Positions 1 to 8,737 are shown, counted from the first letter of the stretch. The stretch: DNA of 64,000 nucleotides from an uncultured Gemmatimonadota bacterium (GCA_964626665.1 CAZVGK010000004.1:32001-96000); one strand, 5' to 3'. Notes: generated from the letters alone by a model not told the origin. Numbers and translations: made by a program.

Positions 1-293
1 AACTGGCCGCATTCTTAGGGGTTCCAGAGAGGATCTTGCAGAAGAAGCCCTCCGCCGACCTCTGGGCCAGCCAGACCGATGAGGAAGAATTGGGTTTTAC
101 CTATGAAGAGGTAGATACCCTTCTCTACTTTATGGTGGATAAAAGTTACACATTTTCCAAGTTGAAGGAACTGGGATATAAGAGGGAATTCGTGAGGGAT
201 GTATTCCTAAGAATCCAATCATCTCAATACAAGAGGAGACTCCCTTTAGTTGTTAAGCTCTCAGAGAGGACAATCAATCGGGGCTTTAGATAA
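1..293 (+). CDS. nadE: NH3-dependent NAD+ synthetase, C-terminal part (5' end outside window)
   Basis: KKPSADLW..QTDEEELGFTY and SQYKRRLP motifs. TAA at 291-293 is followed in frame by PRDWNG*. Confidence 0.85.
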   Translation, partial: LAAFLGVPERILQKKPSADLWASQTDEEELGFTYEEVDTLLYFMVDKSYTFSKLKELGYKREFVRDVFLRIQSSQYKRRLPLVVKLSERTINRGFR

Positions 294-990
294 CCCAGGG
301 ACTGGAACGGGTAGGCTCTATCTGGTAGCTACTCCCATAGGCAATTTGGAGGATATAACCCTGCGGGCCCTACGCATCTTGAAAGAGGTTGATTTCATCG
401 CCTGTGAGGATACTCGGAGGACAAGGAAACTCCTTGCCCATTACGGAATAGGGAAAAGACTGGTCAGCTACTATGATTACAACAAGGAGAAAAAAGCCCC
501 TTGGTTGGTGAAGAACCTATTGGAGGGAAAGTCTATTGCCTTGGTCTCCGATGCTGGCACTCCGGGGATCTCTGATCCAGCCTTCTACTTGGTGAGGCTG
601 GCCATCAGGGAGGGTGTAGAAATAACCCCTATCCCTGGGCCAAATGCCGCCCTCTCGGCCCTTATCTCCTCTGGTCTTCCCACTGACAGGTTTGTCTTTG
701 AAGGCTTTCTTCCCTCCAAACCAGGCCCGCGGAGGAGAAGGCTGCAGGATCTGGAGAGTGAGAGGAGGACCTTGATCTTCTATGAATCCCCTCACAGACT
801 TTTGGCCACCTTGCAGGATATGGCAACTATCTTCGGGGAGAGAAGGGTTGCTTTAGCCAAGGAACTGACTAAAAGGTTCGAGAGGATAATAAGGGGAACC
901 ATCGATCAGCTAATTCAGCAATTGTCCGAGGGGAAAGTTAAGGGGGAGTGGGTAATATTGGTAGAGGGGAAGAGAGATAAAAAGAGCTAG
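250..990 (+). CDS. rsmI: 16S rRNA (cytidine1402-2'-O)-methyltransferase; true start probably near 307
   Basis: LYLVATPIGNLEDITLRA, ACEDTR, VSDAGTPGISDP, FYESPHR, KELTK, KGEWV motifs. Confidence 0.95.
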   Translation: MLSSQRGQSIGALDNPGTGTGRLYLVATPIGNLEDITLRALRILKEVDFIACEDTRRTRKLLAHYGIGKRLVSYYDYNKEKKAPWLVKNLLEGKSIALVSDAGTPGISDPAFYLVRLAIREGVEITPIPGPNAALSALISSGLPTDRFVFEGFLPSKPGPRRRRLQDLESERRTLIFYESPHRLLATLQDMATIFGERRVALAKELTKRFERIIRGTIDQLIQQLSEGKVKGEWVILVEGKRDKKS

Positions 991-1390
991 CTGTGCAGGT
1001 GGGGTCCCTGTGCTGGTAGGACCTTAACCCAATCTATCCATAAATCCGCAGGTAACACTTCAGATCATCTGGAGGGGTTCTTACGGTAGGGACAGATCTT
1101 TAGAACTGTCCGAGGAATGAATGAACTTAGCACCCTACGGACAAGCTATGAGGGATGCAGATAAGCAGGATTTCTAAACACTTTCCTCTCCCTTGATGGA
1201 GGAGGACTAAGGAGAGGGAACTAATATAACGGTAGTGGTGCCTTCGTAGGTGGCAACAGAGAGCAGACTAAAGTCTGCGGCAGCGGGAATTTTGGCCAGC
1301 AACCCCAAGTGGTCTTGTAACTCTTTGATAACCAATGAGTAAAAGAAGGAAATTCCTATACCTTCAAGCTAAGTTCTTCTGGGAGGAAAG

Positions 1391-1924
1391 ATGAAGGTCA
1401 GAGTAGGAAATGCCGAAGTAGAAATCTATCAGGGAAACATAACAGACCTCGCTGTCAATGCCTTGGTCAATGCGGCCAACAATCGACTCTGGATGGGCGG
1501 AGGGGTGGCCGGGGCCATAAAGGCCAAAGGAGGAAAAGCCATCGAGGAAGAGGCGGTAAAGAAGGGACCCCTACCGGTGGGGGAGGCCGTGGTTACGGGG
1601 GCGGGAAGTCTTCCCGCCAAGTATATCATCCATGCTGCAGTTATGGGGCAGGATCTGAGAACAGATAAGGAGAAGGTAAAAACCTCCACTCTCAACAGTC
1701 TAAAGAGGGCCGAGGAGTTGAAGCTAACCTCCCTTGCCTTCCCTGCCTTGGGAACTGGGGTGGGCAGGTTCTCCCTCTACGAATGTGCCCAGATTATGAT
1801 TGATGTGGTGGTGGATTTCCTGCAAAATACGAAGGTCATTGAGAAAGTTGTGTTTGCCCTCTACAGTCAAGCCCCCTATGAAATCTTCCACAAATACCTG
1901 ATGGAGAAGTTTTCCTCCAAATAG
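1391..1924 (+). CDS. Macro-domain protein (O-acetyl-ADP-ribose deacetylase/YmdB-like)
   Basis: GNIT..VNAAN..GGGVAGAI, IIHAAV, AFPALGTGVG motifs; GGAGG SD before ATG. Confidence 0.9.
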   Translation: MKVRVGNAEVEIYQGNITDLAVNALVNAANNRLWMGGGVAGAIKAKGGKAIEEEAVKKGPLPVGEAVVTGAGSLPAKYIIHAAVMGQDLRTDKEKVKTSTLNSLKRAEELKLTSLAFPALGTGVGRFSLYECAQIMIDVVVDFLQNTKVIEKVVFALYSQAPYEIFHKYLMEKFSSK

Positions 1925-1937
1925 GGAGAAAATCTGC

Positions 1938-1966
1938 TTGACAGAAGTGAATTTAATCCTTAACTT
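1938..1966 (+). promoter_or_regulatory. sigma70-type promoter upstream of the tRNA-Asn locus
   Basis: TTGACA-17 bp-TAACTT. Confidence 0.6.
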
Positions 1967-2064
1967 CTTATGGCAGTTGACTACAGGATTTCATGAAAGT
2001 CAAAAGCTGCCTCGGCTCCTTCCCGATCTCCGAAAACTGATCTCTGATAGCTATTGTAACTGAC

Positions 2065-2135
2065 TCCCCGGTAGCTCAATGGTAGCCTGCCCGAGCCGAT
2101 TCCTGCTCGGGCCAGCGGCCAGGGAGCGGGTGGCT
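2065..2135 (+). pseudogene. Duplicated 5' half of tRNA-Asn with a ~39-nt palindromic insertion in the D-loop
   Basis: TCCCCGGTAGCTCAATGGTA-[insert]-GAGCGGGTGGCT matches tRNA-Asn 2554-2585; identity stops just before the anticodon. Confidence 0.85.
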
Positions 2136-2312
2136 ACTTATACATTTCGGAATTTCTAAGAAATTTCGAAACGTCGGGGAATGTTTTAAAGGGGGTATGC
2201 CTTCTTCAAGGGTGACAGCGGAGCAATCCGAGCGAGCGTAGGATTGCGGAGCGCCATAGGGTCGGTGAGACCCTCTGGAGAAGTTAGCGACCGAAGGGAG
2301 CTAAGTTCTGTT

Positions 2313-2597
2313 ATGTTTTATGTTTACATACTACAAAGTCTGAAGGATGGTCAATTCTACACAGGGCATACTGTAGACCTTAATCAAAGGCTAAAGATGC
2401 ATAATAGTGGACAAGTACATTCTACTCGGAACAGACGTCCATTTGAGCTAATATACAGTGAAAAATTCGCCTCGCGCAATGAAGCAATCAAAAGAGAAAA
2501 GTACCTTAAGAGTCTTAAAGGAGCCAAAGAGGTAAAATCTAAATTAAAGTCACTCCCCGGTAGCTCAATGGTAGAGCGGGTGGCTGTTAACCACTAG
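2313..2597 (+). CDS. GIY-YIG nuclease family protein; 3' end overlaps tRNA-Asn
   Basis: FYVYILQS..YTG.T..L..RL..HN.G....T....P..L.Y.E......A..RE..LK pattern. Confidence 0.9.
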   Translation: MFYVYILQSLKDGQFYTGHTVDLNQRLKMHNSGQVHSTRNRRPFELIYSEKFASRNEAIKREKYLKSLKGAKEVKSKLKSLPGSSMVERVAVNH

Positions 2598-2628
2598 GTT
2601 GGCGGTTCGAGCCCGTCCCGGGGAGCCA
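2554..2628 (+). tRNA. tRNA-Asn (GTT)
   Basis: Cloverleaf with TCCCCGG/CCGGGGA acceptor stem, CTGTTAA anticodon loop, GGTTCGAGCC T-loop and encoded CCA. Confidence 0.97.
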
Positions 2629-2639
2629 ATGTTTCCTGA

Positions 2640-2680
2640 AGAGATAAGCCTGCTTGGGTAAATCATGCAGGCTTATCTCT
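2640..2680 (+). terminator. Strong hairpin after tRNA, probable terminator
   Basis: AGAGATAAGCCTGC...GCAGGCTTATCTCT 14-bp stem. Confidence 0.6.
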
Positions 2681-2806
2681 ATTCTACCTATTCATTGGGA
2701 CTTAGTTCATACCCGCCTGTGAAAGGTCTTTTCCGACGGGATGAACAGGATTTACCTGATTTTTATTTATCCCGTTTATCCTATCTGAAAATGGAAATTC
2801 CTGTGC

Positions 2807-2999
2807 GTTCAAGTCCAAGATGAGGGGAATCCCCCTTAGCCATAGATGAGGTTTTCCGGAAGAAAAGGAGAACTTGGCCAGGTATCGAGCCGGAAAGAGA
2901 GGGCTCTTTGGCTACTTCGTAGGCCAAGTGATGAAAAAAACCGGCGGAAAAGCCAACCCCCAGTTGGTAAACAGGATTCTGAAGGAAAGGTTGAGCTAA
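2807..2999 (+). pseudogene. gatB: Frameshifted GatB/YqeY C-terminal fragment
   Basis: Manual translation gives VQVQDEG / AIDEVF / [46 protein letters not shown] across frames. Confidence 0.8.
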
Positions 3000-3163
3000 C
3001 CAGTCTCCAAATTCCCTCTCAGTTCCCTACTCAGAATACGATGACCTCTTAGGATAAAACCATCTCCCGAGTGAAGCCCGGCCATAGGCCAAAAGGGAAC
3101 TCATCTCCTTTGGAAACCCCAGAATAGGGGACGCTGCCCTCTTATAACCTCCGAAGCGGATGG

Positions 3164-3212
3164 CATTCATCCCCCGCTCACAAGCCAGGGTATTCTATCA
3201 TATCTTTTATAA
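3164..3212 (+). mobile_element. IS200/IS605-like end (orphan), copy 1
   Basis: CATTCATCCCCCGCTCACAAGCCAGGGTATTCT..CATATCTTTTATAA; near-identical to the reverse complement of 62938-62985. Confidence 0.5.
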
Positions 3213-3577
3213 ATCTGCCTCCTTTTGGAGGAAATGTATCAAACTTTTAAGCCATAAGCAAATATGAAAGTAGGTTCCATCCTCAGGTTGTATAATTTTT
3301 GTGTTGATGTAAAACCTCGGTAGTAGTAGGCACAGATTTTCACTGTCAAGTTTGGGACAAGCTCCATAAGTAAGAACTTGTCGGTTTGAGGCGAAGCTTC
3401 GCTAGACTCTATGGGTTTTAAGATAATGTTTTTGGGTCAACTACCTTAGGGAAAGCCCATTTAACAAAAGCGTTTGCCGTTGCTAACCCCAAAATCTTTT
3501 TCTTAAACTGTATAAAACAGGAGAATCCTAACCTAAAATTTTTAAAAATGTCTAAATTTGGTGTGAAACAATAAGCT

Positions 3578-5107
3578 ATGCACAAACTCAATATCAGCAT
3601 CATCGACCTTGTCGTTAAAGCTCCGACTCGAAAATTATACGCGCACGTCATGAATGCTAATTTCGCGAGTATCATGCCCCAAGTTATAGCTACGTGGTGC
3701 GAAGAAGAAGGACATAACGTTACACTGGTGTGCTACACTGGCTTTGAAAATCTTGTTGAGGAGTTACCGGACGACGCTGATCTTGTTTTCATAGGATCCT
3801 TTACTCAGTCTGCACAATTGGCATACGCGCTAAGCAACCTGTTACGATCGAAAGGCGCCGTCACCGCTCTTGGCGGACCCCACGCGCGCTGCTATCCGCA
3901 AGATGCACTGCAGTACTTCGACTACGTCCTGGGCTTCACCGACAGGGCGGTGATCCGTGAAGTCTTACACGATTGTTCACAGCATAGACCAATTGGTTTG
4001 CACATCACAGCGAAACAGCAACCCGCATCGCTTCCTGGAGTACGCGAGCGCTGGAAATTCATTGAGAAAAATCTCCGGAAGTCTTCATTTATTAAGATTG
4101 TTCCGATGCTCAGCAGTTTAGGTTGCCCGTACACCTGCAGCTTTTGTATCGACTCGGTCATACCATATCAGGCCCTGGACTTCAATGTAATCAAAGAGGA
4201 TCTCAGGTTCCTTTTACGAAAGATGCGGCGGCCGCGTGTAGGCTGGCACGACCCAAACTTTGGTGTCAGATTTAACGACTGCATGGACGCCTTTGAGGAG
4301 GCTGTGCCTCCCGGCAGTATTGACTTTATCGCCGAGACTAGTCTGTCCATCCTATCGGAACCGCACCTGGAGCGACTCAAACGAAACGGATTCATTGGCA
4401 TCCTCCCCGGTATTGAGTCCTGGTACGGCCTGGGCAAGAAATCGAAAACAGGTGAGTTGAAGGGAATGGACAAAGTCCGTCACGTTTCAGAACATGTCAA
4501 TATGATCCTAAGGTACCTGCCTTACGTACATACCAACTTCATCCTCGGACTCGATGTAGACGAAGGACCAGAGCCATTTGAGCTCACGAAACGATTTGTT
4601 GACCTAACGCCAGGTACCTTTCTTGCTTTTTCGCTGCTTTCGGCATTTGGACGGGCCGCGCCGCTCAACCTCGAATACCAACGCGCCAATCGTATTCTAC
4701 CATTCCCGTTCCACTTTTTGGACAATAATCACGCCATGAACGTAAAACCGCTGCACTATTCCTGGCCTGATTTCTATGATCACCTGATCGATTTGACCAA
4801 GTACACATTTTCATGGCACGCGATTATCAACCGCTTCAAAGCGAACAAGGGCATGATCCCACGATGGATGAACATGCTGCGGGCGGTATCGTCAGAAGGC
4901 TTTGGTAGGATCAAATACTATACTGAAGTGCGTCGACGCCTGGACACCGACCGGCAGGTCCGCCGATATTTCGAACAGGAGACGACCGAGCTACCGCAGT
5001 TCTATATTGACCAGGTACGAAAGGACCTGGGGCCACTGGGGGAGTGGCTTCCGAAAGGGGCGCTGTATCACGACCCAAACGCCTATCTCAAGTCAGAGAA
5101 AGAGTAG
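3578..5107 (+). CDS. Cobalamin-binding radical SAM protein
   Basis: N-terminal B12-binding-like region (LGGPHA) and CPYTCSFC CxxxCxxC motif. Confidence 0.85.
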   Translation: MHKLNISIIDLVVKAPTRKLYAHVMNANFASIMPQVIATWCEEEGHNVTLVCYTGFENLVEELPDDADLVFIGSFTQSAQLAYALSNLLRSKGAVTALGGPHARCYPQDALQYFDYVLGFTDRAVIREVLHDCSQHRPIGLHITAKQQPASLPGVRERWKFIEKNLRKSSFIKIVPMLSSLGCPYTCSFCIDSVIPYQALDFNVIKEDLRFLLRKMRRPRVGWHDPNFGVRFNDCMDAFEEAVPPGSIDFIAETSLSILSEPHLERLKRNGFIGILPGIESWYGLGKKSKTGELKGMDKVRHVSEHVNMILRYLPYVHTNFILGLDVDEGPEPFELTKRFVDLTPGTFLAFSLLSAFGRAAPLNLEYQRANRILPFPFHFLDNNHAMNVKPLHYSWPDFYDHLIDLTKYTFSWHAIINRFKANKGMIPRWMNMLRAVSSEGFGRIKYYTEVRRRLDTDRQVRRYFEQETTELPQFYIDQVRKDLGPLGEWLPKGALYHDPNAYLKSEKE

Positions 5108-5186
5108 TCGCTAACGATAGTGAGCGTCAGAGCTGCGACGTACTTGTGGCGAGAGGAACGGGGACAATGAGAAAAGGAGGTACGCA

Positions 5187-5312
5187 ATGGGAGACAAAGG
5201 CAAGAAGGATAAGGAAAAGAGTCAAAAACAGAAAGCAGCAAAACAGCAACAGAAGGCAAAAAGGAAATTGGACAAGCAACAGAAAAGACCCCCGGAACAG
5301 AAAACATGGTGA
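5187..5312 (+). CDS. Small basic Lys/Gln-rich protein (41 aa, MGDKGKKDKEKSQKQK...)
   Basis: AAAGGAGG SD 6 nt upstream of ATG; open frame to TGA 5310-5312; below the ORF-track size cutoff. Confidence 0.6.
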   Translation: MGDKGKKDKEKSQKQKAAKQQQKAKRKLDKQQKRPPEQKTW

Positions 5313-5611
5313 GATGTCCGCCTCACTCGTCGGGTCCCTTGATAGACCGGTAGTGGGGGATGATTCCACCTCATTGGCTTTTCGGCAAGACTGAGTTCAA
5401 ACACGTAAAGACCACAATTCGTGACGAAGTTCGATGCCTGACCACGGAACTTCAGAAAGCCAAAAGGCTAACCATGTCATGCAGTCGACGGCAAATGGCG
5501 CTCCTCATGGCTGTCCTTACGCATCGCATTTGCGGGTTATCGAAGTCAGCACGCCAACGTTTAAGCGATGGGATTCGGTAAAGAGGTCTCTGGTATCTTG
5601 GATGAGCCGTT

Positions 5612-5794
5612 GTAGGACAGCGGGGAGCTACTTTGGTTGCTGGTAAAGAAGAAGCCGGATACAAGACCACCAGGTGGGATGCAGCTTCTCTCTCCAATGG
5701 GATCTACTTCTATCGGCTACAGGTCCGAAGGACTCCGGACTCCTTCGAGGCTGGGGATTTTGTGGAGACAAGGAAGATGGTGCTAATCAGATAG
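5612..5794 (+). pseudogene. Orphan C-terminal fragment of a T9SS-type/FlgD-like sorting domain, with an in-frame palindromic insertion
   Basis: VGQRGATLVAGKEEAGYKTTRWDAASLSNGIYFYRLQ[VRRTPDSFE]AGDFVETRKMVLIR* aligns with the C-terminus of the 42452-48526 protein. Confidence 0.8.
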
Positions 5795-6247
5795 AGATAG
5801 AGATGAGAGGCCGCCCAGCCCTTACAAAGGGAGGAGAGAATGAGTTCCTCCTTTTTTTGTTGGCTCCTCCGGATGGAGAGGACTTAAGGCCAGCTTAGCC
5901 CTCAAAGTCCCTTGACGGAGGGCTCCTGAGTGGCTATATTGAGAAATAGGAAGGTTTGAATTGTGGTAAAACCTGTTCAAAATAGGGTAGGTCTTGCTTG
6001 GCAGTTTTAGTAGGTTAGACCAGGGGCTTCGGAGGTGAGGGCGTATTGCCCAGAAGAACCTCCTGAAAAGCCTCCGAGGCTCTCTGGTTAAGGAAAAGAT
6101 GAGAAAGCTTATCGCCCAAAAGATAAAGCTTTCGACCGATATTTCCGATAATCAATATAAGCCACTTTGCCCAATACATTTTTGGACTTGACAGCCAAGT
6201 CTTGCATTGATATATTGGTTTACAGGAAATCAAATAAGGAGTTCGAA

Positions 6248-6496
6248 ATGGCTCTTGATAAAGACATAAAGCAAGAGTATGATTTTTACCTGAGTCAACC
6301 CGAAGAGTGGAAAAAGGAGAACTACGGTAAAACTGTTTTAATCAAAGATCAAAAAATCCACGGGATATATGCCAGTCATGAAGACGCCTTTCAAGAAGGC
6401 ATTAAGAAATTTGGAGACTCAAAATTCCTTATCCACGAAATCGGCAGTGAAGATGTTCTAAATTATAATACCTTCTCTCTTATAGGGGCGACCTAA
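6248..6496 (+). CDS. Small protein (DUF5678-like), partner of downstream aspartyl protease
   Basis: YGKTVLIKDQKIHGIY.S.EDAF.EG pattern; TAATG stop/start coupling to the next gene. Confidence 0.6.
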   Translation: MALDKDIKQEYDFYLSQPEEWKKENYGKTVLIKDQKIHGIYASHEDAFQEGIKKFGDSKFLIHEIGSEDVLNYNTFSLIGAT

Positions 6497-6939
6497 TGCC
6501 CTCATTTCTAACCAAAAACCCCGCCTTAATCTCGAAAGGCCCAATTATTCCTATAAAGATAGGGTTGCCCAAAATGCTCAGAACTTTTCTTACAGAAAAA
6601 AAGCAGCCAATCCCGAGTCCAATTCCAGTCAACGCTCTCATTGATACTGGGGCAAGTTTTACCGGCATTTCGCAGCGTGTTGCCAAAGACCTTAGCTTAA
6701 CTCCTCATGGTGTAACCAAAATGCTTACTGCTGGAGAACCTACCCTTTCTAATTTATATGAAGTCTATATAGATATCGGTTCTGCATTCAAAACTCATAT
6801 TATTCTTGATCCGCTCCGAGTCAGTGCAACCCCACTTATAGGACAAACCGATATAGATTGCCTGATTGGTAGAGATCTTCTGCGTCAAACAGTATTTATA
6901 TATATTGGCTATGCCGACACTTTTAGTCTTTCGTTATAA
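6496..6939 (+). CDS. Retropepsin-like (clan AA) aspartyl protease
   Basis: ALIDTGAS catalytic motif and C-terminal LIGRDLL. Confidence 0.85.
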   Translation: MPSFLTKNPALISKGPIIPIKIGLPKMLRTFLTEKKQPIPSPIPVNALIDTGASFTGISQRVAKDLSLTPHGVTKMLTAGEPTLSNLYEVYIDIGSAFKTHIILDPLRVSATPLIGQTDIDCLIGRDLLRQTVFIYIGYADTFSLSL

Positions 6940-7217
6940 TTGGCCATTTATGATTATTTCCTGATAGTATAAGAAGGCTTAAAAAAATCACTGGTGGGAC
7001 ATTGCTTTTTCGAATGGCGTTTGAATCTTCTGTTGTTGATCCGCCAGGGCAACGGGAGGTTTGAACGCCATTTGCCTTTAAATAAGGGAGTTATCACATT
7101 AAGAGATAGTTTTTCATCTCTGGCAAAAGTCAACAACCTTGACAAATCTTTTGACAAAAACGCAGCTCTCTATACCCTAAGTAGTTGGAACCAAAGTCGG
7201 TTAGATGTGACAAAACT

Positions 7218-7643
7218 ATGGACAAAAATCTGGTCAAAAAAATTAGAACTTTTAAATCTCATCAATTCGTATTTAGTCGGAAATTCTCAACCGAAAAAAT
7301 GGCCAGCTCTCTCGTTGAGGCAAGAATCCTTTACCGCACAGTCATTGATTTGCCTATATTACCCCAATTAGCCGCACAGATTGGGGAAGAAGCAATTATA
7401 AAATCGATTTTTGGTACTGCCGCAATTGAAGGGAATCCTCTAAAAGAAGAAGAAGTTGCCGAAATCCTTTCAAAATCAGGAGAGACAGAGAAACTTGAGC
7501 GCGCAGAAAAAGAAATAAGAAATCTCAATTCACCTATGATTTTATTGCTGGTTTGCAACGGACAGTATCACCTTTTTGCCAAAGTCGGGTATAAATGCGT
7601 AGGAGCAGGGCTAAAGCCTGTTCGAAAAAAGCTTGCCCACTGA
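7218..7643 (+). pseudogene. Truncated Fic-family protein (N-terminal part only)
   Basis: SIFGTAAIEGNPL..EEV...EIRNL N-terminal Fic pattern; no HPFxDGNGR motif; tail runs into a REP-like repeat. Confidence 0.6.
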
Positions 7644-7654
7644 GAAAAAAAACC

Positions 7655-7865
7655 TTGACAGAAAAGATATGATTCAGTATTTTTAAGCATACCCAGGAAA
7701 GGTTCCTAATGATAGAGGCTTTACCTCACAGAAAGGGGAACGTGGAGTGATTTGGAGGGCAAAAAGGAATAGCTCTCCAGCAGTTGTTTCAAAGCTGGAG
7801 TCCAATAGGAAGGAACAGCCGATCTGCTGGGGTACTATACCTGGAGGCAGGTCGGTTTTTGTTTG
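7655..7865 (+). ncRNA. Candidate small RNA unit (promoter to terminator), copy 1
   Basis: TTGACA-17-TATTTT, conserved core TTTCAAAGCTGGAGTCCAATAG, hairpin CCGATCTGC..GCAGGTCGG plus T-run; homologous to 49697-49913. Confidence 0.45.
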
Positions 7866-7961
7866 GGCTTTGCCCCGAAGGGGAAGGCAGAGTATCTGGT
7901 TTATTGAGTAAGCGAGATGCACTTAAAAAAGTGTGGCGAGAGGGAAAAATGGGAAGTGTCC

Positions 7962-8279
7962 CTAATTGCCATAGTTCGACTCTTTCTTGGCTTTTCTGGA
8001 AAAGGCAGTTGCAATCTCAACTAAATTGACACTTCTGACCTTCAAAAGTGCAATAAGAAAGTTGGCTAAGAAGCCTATTCTTGCAGCGTTCCATTTCAGA
8101 TGATCTTTGAAGGCTTTCTTTATGATTTCAATCTCAGTCATGGCGCTATCTCCTATTAAAGAAGTATTTCCCGACGTCATAACTGAGCATATTATTCACG
8201 AAATGTCAAACAATTTTTTAACTAACAACAATTATCTCAAATGATTAATCCATTTCCGGGGGATTTTTGTCCTGCACAG
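7962..8279 (-). mobile_element. IS4-family element remnant (left end plus truncated transposase N-terminus, ATG 8141)
   Basis: WNAARIGFLANFLIALLKVRSVNLVEIATAF..KESNY; putative terminal repeat CTGTGCAGGACAAAAA at 8279-8264. Confidence 0.7.
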
Positions 8280-8486
8280 AGAATGACCGTATAATAGGAT
8301 GCGAATATCACCTTCTGTTTCTGACTTGTACTTGTAACCAATTTCAGGCAAATCGCGTAACATTTGTGACTTTTCGTAGATTCCAGAGACAAGTTTAGCA
8401 GCAGCATTTGGATTATCCTGGGCGATGTAATCATAAATGTCTTTGAGCCATCTCTCGGCTTCAGCTGTCCACTCTATTTCTGCCAT
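8232..8486 (-). pseudogene. RelE/ParE-family toxin, C-terminus replaced at the IS4 junction
   Basis: IEWT.EA...L.DIYDYIAQDNP.AA..LV..I..LPEIG..RILLYGH, then unrelated sequence beginning at the IS end. Confidence 0.8.
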
Positions 8487-8659
8487 GTGCGAATTCGATG
8501 CCCCATTTCTTCATTCGATATTGTCCGACCAGCACGAGAGTCTCTTAACCCACGCTCTAACACCCGTGCAAACGCTAACTCACGAAGAATTTCGTCATAC
8601 GTGCTATCTTCTGGCTGTTCTTGAATAATTTTAGTCATTTTCTCTTTTGCTATTGCCAT
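8474..8659 (-). CDS. Antitoxin partner of ParE-like toxin
   Basis: AKE....I..QPEDSTYDEILREL...ERGL.D...GR.IS.EE pattern; GGAG SD; overlaps the toxin start. Confidence 0.75.
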   Translation of the reverse strand: MAIAKEKMTKIIQEQPEDSTYDEILRELAFARVLERGLRDSRAGRTISNEEMGHRIRTWQK

Positions 8660-8679
8660 GATACATCTCCTATCCAAAG

Positions 8680-8737
8680 GCCTAACGAGAAGCTCAGCCG
8701 CGTGCTTTAGCGCGTCTGCTGGAGCGCTTTGTTGGGC
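8680..8737 (-). other. Integron attC site (58 bp)
   Basis: Minus strand GCCCAAC-AAAGCGCTCCAGCAGACGCG-CTAAAGCA-CGCGGCTGAGCTTCTC-GTTAGGC: RYYYAAC/GTTRRRY ends and imperfect palindrome. Confidence 0.9.

Noticed and set aside
991-1390. 6S RNA, ribozyme or riboswitch after rsmI
   Set aside because: Its hairpins share TGTGCTGGTAGG and GTAGGGACAG..CTGTCCG with REP-like modules elsewhere (38488, 38627, 48565); no diagnostic core could be built by eye.
2136-2553. Intact group I intron in tRNA-Asn
   Set aside because: The downstream tRNA is complete, and no terminal G, P1 guide or S element is evident; kept only as a relic hypothesis.
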